Shown piece after piece: positions 4,572 through 6,210 of a stretch of DNA of 6,210 nucleotides. The notes beneath the pieces are model-generated. The model saw only the letters and a list, made by a program, of their open reading frames with translations, had not been told where the DNA came from and searched no databases. Each line of letters starts with the position of its first letter. The stretch's first letter is position 1. The translations under genes were made by a program, and so were the position numbers. The DNA comes from a virus (Duplodnaviria; Heunggongvirae; Uroviricota; Caudoviricetes): IMG/VR virus record IMGVR_UViG_2740892432_000002, positions 1 through 6,210 of that record; one strand, given 5' to 3'.

Positions 4572-6029
4572 ATGAATACATCTCATGTAAGAGTTGTTAC
4601 TCATATGTGTGGGTTCCTGGTTTGGCTCTATAGTCTTTCAATGTTGCCACCAATGGTTGTAGCATTGTTTTATAAAGAAAAAAGCCTGTTCGTTTTCTTA
4701 ATAACTTTCGTTATATTTTTTTGCATTGGTGGCGGAGCGTGGTATACAACTAAGAAATCTGGCATTCAATTACGTACCCGTGATGGGTTTATTATAATTG
4801 TAATGTTTTGGATTTTGTTTTCTGTTATTAGTGCATTCCCTTTATGGATTGACTCAGAACTTAATTTAACGTTCATTGATGCTCTGTTTGAAGGGGTTTC
4901 TGGAATAACAACAACAGGAGCAACTGTAATTGATGATGTTAGTTCATTACCTCGGGCATATTTGTACTATCGGTCACAGTTAAATTTTATAGGTGGTTTA
5001 GGAGTTATTGTTCTGGCGGTTGCTGTATTGCCATTATTGGGTATTGGTGGTGCAAAGCTTTATCAGTCAGAAATGCCGGGGCCATTTAAGGATGACAAAC
5101 TCACTCCCCGCCTGGCCGATACGTCACGGACACTGTGGATAACTTATTCTTTATTAGGTATTGCTTGTATTGTCTGTTATAGACTTGCAGGAATGCCTTT
5201 GTTTGATGCTATTTGTCACGGGATTTCCACAGTTTCGCTTGGTGGTTTCTCAACTCATAGCGAGAGTATCGGATATTTTAATAACTATTTGGTTGAGCTG
5301 GTGGCTGGTTCTTTTTCCCTGCTATCGGCTTTCAACTTCACTCTTTGGTATATTGTTATTAGCAGGAAAACGATAAAACCTTTAATCAGAGATATTGAAC
5401 TTCGTTTCTTTCTGTTAATAGCCTTAGGGGTGATCATTGTTACCTCTTTCCAGGTCTGGCATATAGGTATGTATGACTTGCATGGAAGTTTTATTCATTC
5501 GTTTTTTCTTGCCAGCTCCATGCTCACTGATAATGGTTTAGCTACGCAGGATTATGCAAGTTGGCCCACGCACACGATAGTGTTTTTGCTGTTGTCAAGT
5601 TTCTTTGGGGGATGTATAGGTTCAACTTGTGGTGGAATTAAGTCACTTCGATTTCTTATACTTTTCAAACAAAGCAAACACGAGATAAATCAGCTTTCTC
5701 ATCCCAGAGCGTTGTTGAGTGTAAATGTAGGAGGGAAGATAGTTACAGATCGTGTAATGAGGTCTGTATGGAGTTTCTTTTTTCTTTATACTCTCTTCAC
5801 GGTGTTTTTTATACTGGTGTTAAATGGTATGGGATATGATTTTCTTACATCATTTGCAACAGTGGCTGCATGTATTAATAATATGGGATTAGGTTTTGGG
5901 GCTACTGCATCGTCATTCGGAGTGCTTAATGACATTGCAAAATGTTTAATGTGCATAGCTATGATTCTTGGTCGCCTTGAAATTTATCCTGTTATTATAT
6001 TGTTTTCAGGTTTTTTTTGGCGCTCCTAA
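4572..6029 (+). CDS. trkG: TrkG/TrkH-family potassium uptake membrane protein (485 aa from ATG 4572)
   Basis: Long polytopic membrane protein with repeated Gly-rich selectivity-filter-like motifs (GITTTGATV, GGFSTH, GLATQDY, NNMGLGFG). N-terminus MNTSHVRVVTHM matches Rac-prophage TrkG as I recall it. Markedly AT-rich compared with the adjacent lysis genes. An in-frame TTG at 4554 has a better-placed SD (AAGGTGG at 4541-4547), so the true start may be 6 codons upstream. Confidence 0.93.
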   Translation: MNTSHVRVVTHMCGFLVWLYSLSMLPPMVVALFYKEKSLFVFLITFVIFFCIGGGAWYTTKKSGIQLRTRDGFIIIVMFWILFSVISAFPLWIDSELNLTFIDALFEGVSGITTTGATVIDDVSSLPRAYLYYRSQLNFIGGLGVIVLAVAVLPLLGIGGAKLYQSEMPGPFKDDKLTPRLADTSRTLWITYSLLGIACIVCYRLAGMPLFDAICHGISTVSLGGFSTHSESIGYFNNYLVELVAGSFSLLSAFNFTLWYIVISRKTIKPLIRDIELRFFLLIALGVIIVTSFQVWHIGMYDLHGSFIHSFFLASSMLTDNGLATQDYASWPTHTIVFLLLSSFFGGCIGSTCGGIKSLRFLILFKQSKHEINQLSHPRALLSVNVGGKIVTDRVMRSVWSFFFLYTLFTVFFILVLNGMGYDFLTSFATVAACINNMGLGFGATASSFGVLNDIAKCLMCIAMILGRLEIYPVIILFSGFFWRS

Positions 6030-6063
6030 TATATGGCTGATTTATAATTGTGAGTTTAATATT

Positions 6064-6204
6064 ATGTTGACTCACTCATTGATCCAATACCTAACTTTAC
6101 CAGCAACACCTCCGTCCCCAGTAGCACTGGCTGCTGGGGTGCGTTTTATTCATAAAGCAAGGCTGTATGAGCGAGAAATTAAAGATGATCTTACCCAGCA
6201 ATAG
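6064..6204 (+). CDS. Small hypothetical ORF (46 aa) downstream of trkG; uncertain
   Basis: ATG 6064 in frame with track ORF 5968-6204; the upstream part overlaps trkG and is rejected. Only a weak SD. Alternatively, an ATG at 6185 (MILPSNSG...) in another frame may start a gene that runs off the window end (possibly the Rac ynaK homologue; not verifiable here). Confidence 0.2.
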   Translation: MLTHSLIQYLTLPATPPSPVALAAGVRFIHKARLYEREIKDDLTQQ

Positions 6205-6210
6205 TGGACA

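Noticed and set aside
5161-5376. + strand 71-aa ORF in an alternative frame within trkG
   Set aside because: Embedded in a well-supported membrane-protein CDS; its hydrophobic translation reflects the T-rich codon bias of trkG.
5968-6063. 5' extension of the terminal small ORF (TTG 5968) overlapping the trkG 3' end
   Set aside because: Overlaps trkG by about 60 nt with a non-ATG start and no SD; only the ATG 6064 version is kept, at low confidence.

Overview
This window reads as the late region of a lambdoid (Rac-like) prophage from an E. coli-like host, all major genes on the + strand. Order: two hairpins (one a canonical intrinsic terminator); an 86-aa hypothetical ORF; a DUF1367-like nin-region gene; a YbcO-like Cys-rich gene; a Q-like late antiterminator; a tR'-like terminator; an AT-rich self-contained insert between Q and the lysis genes; holin; lambda-R-like endolysin; Rz with embedded Rz1; then an AT-rich trkG K+ transporter cargo gene and the start of a small downstream ORF. 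The most interesting element is the Q-to-holin insert (about 2126-3056): it has its own extended -10 promoter, a 189-aa membrane protein with three predicted TM helices and no motif I recognise, a convergent 53-aa ORF overlapping its 3' end, and its own terminator. That is the classic moron position, where lambdoid phages carry Shiga toxin and other conversion genes, so it is a candidate uncharacterised lysogenic-conversion or phage-exclusion module. No tRNA, rRNA, CRISPR array, transposase or integrase was seen. All homology statements come from reading the translations against remembered sequences; no searches were run.
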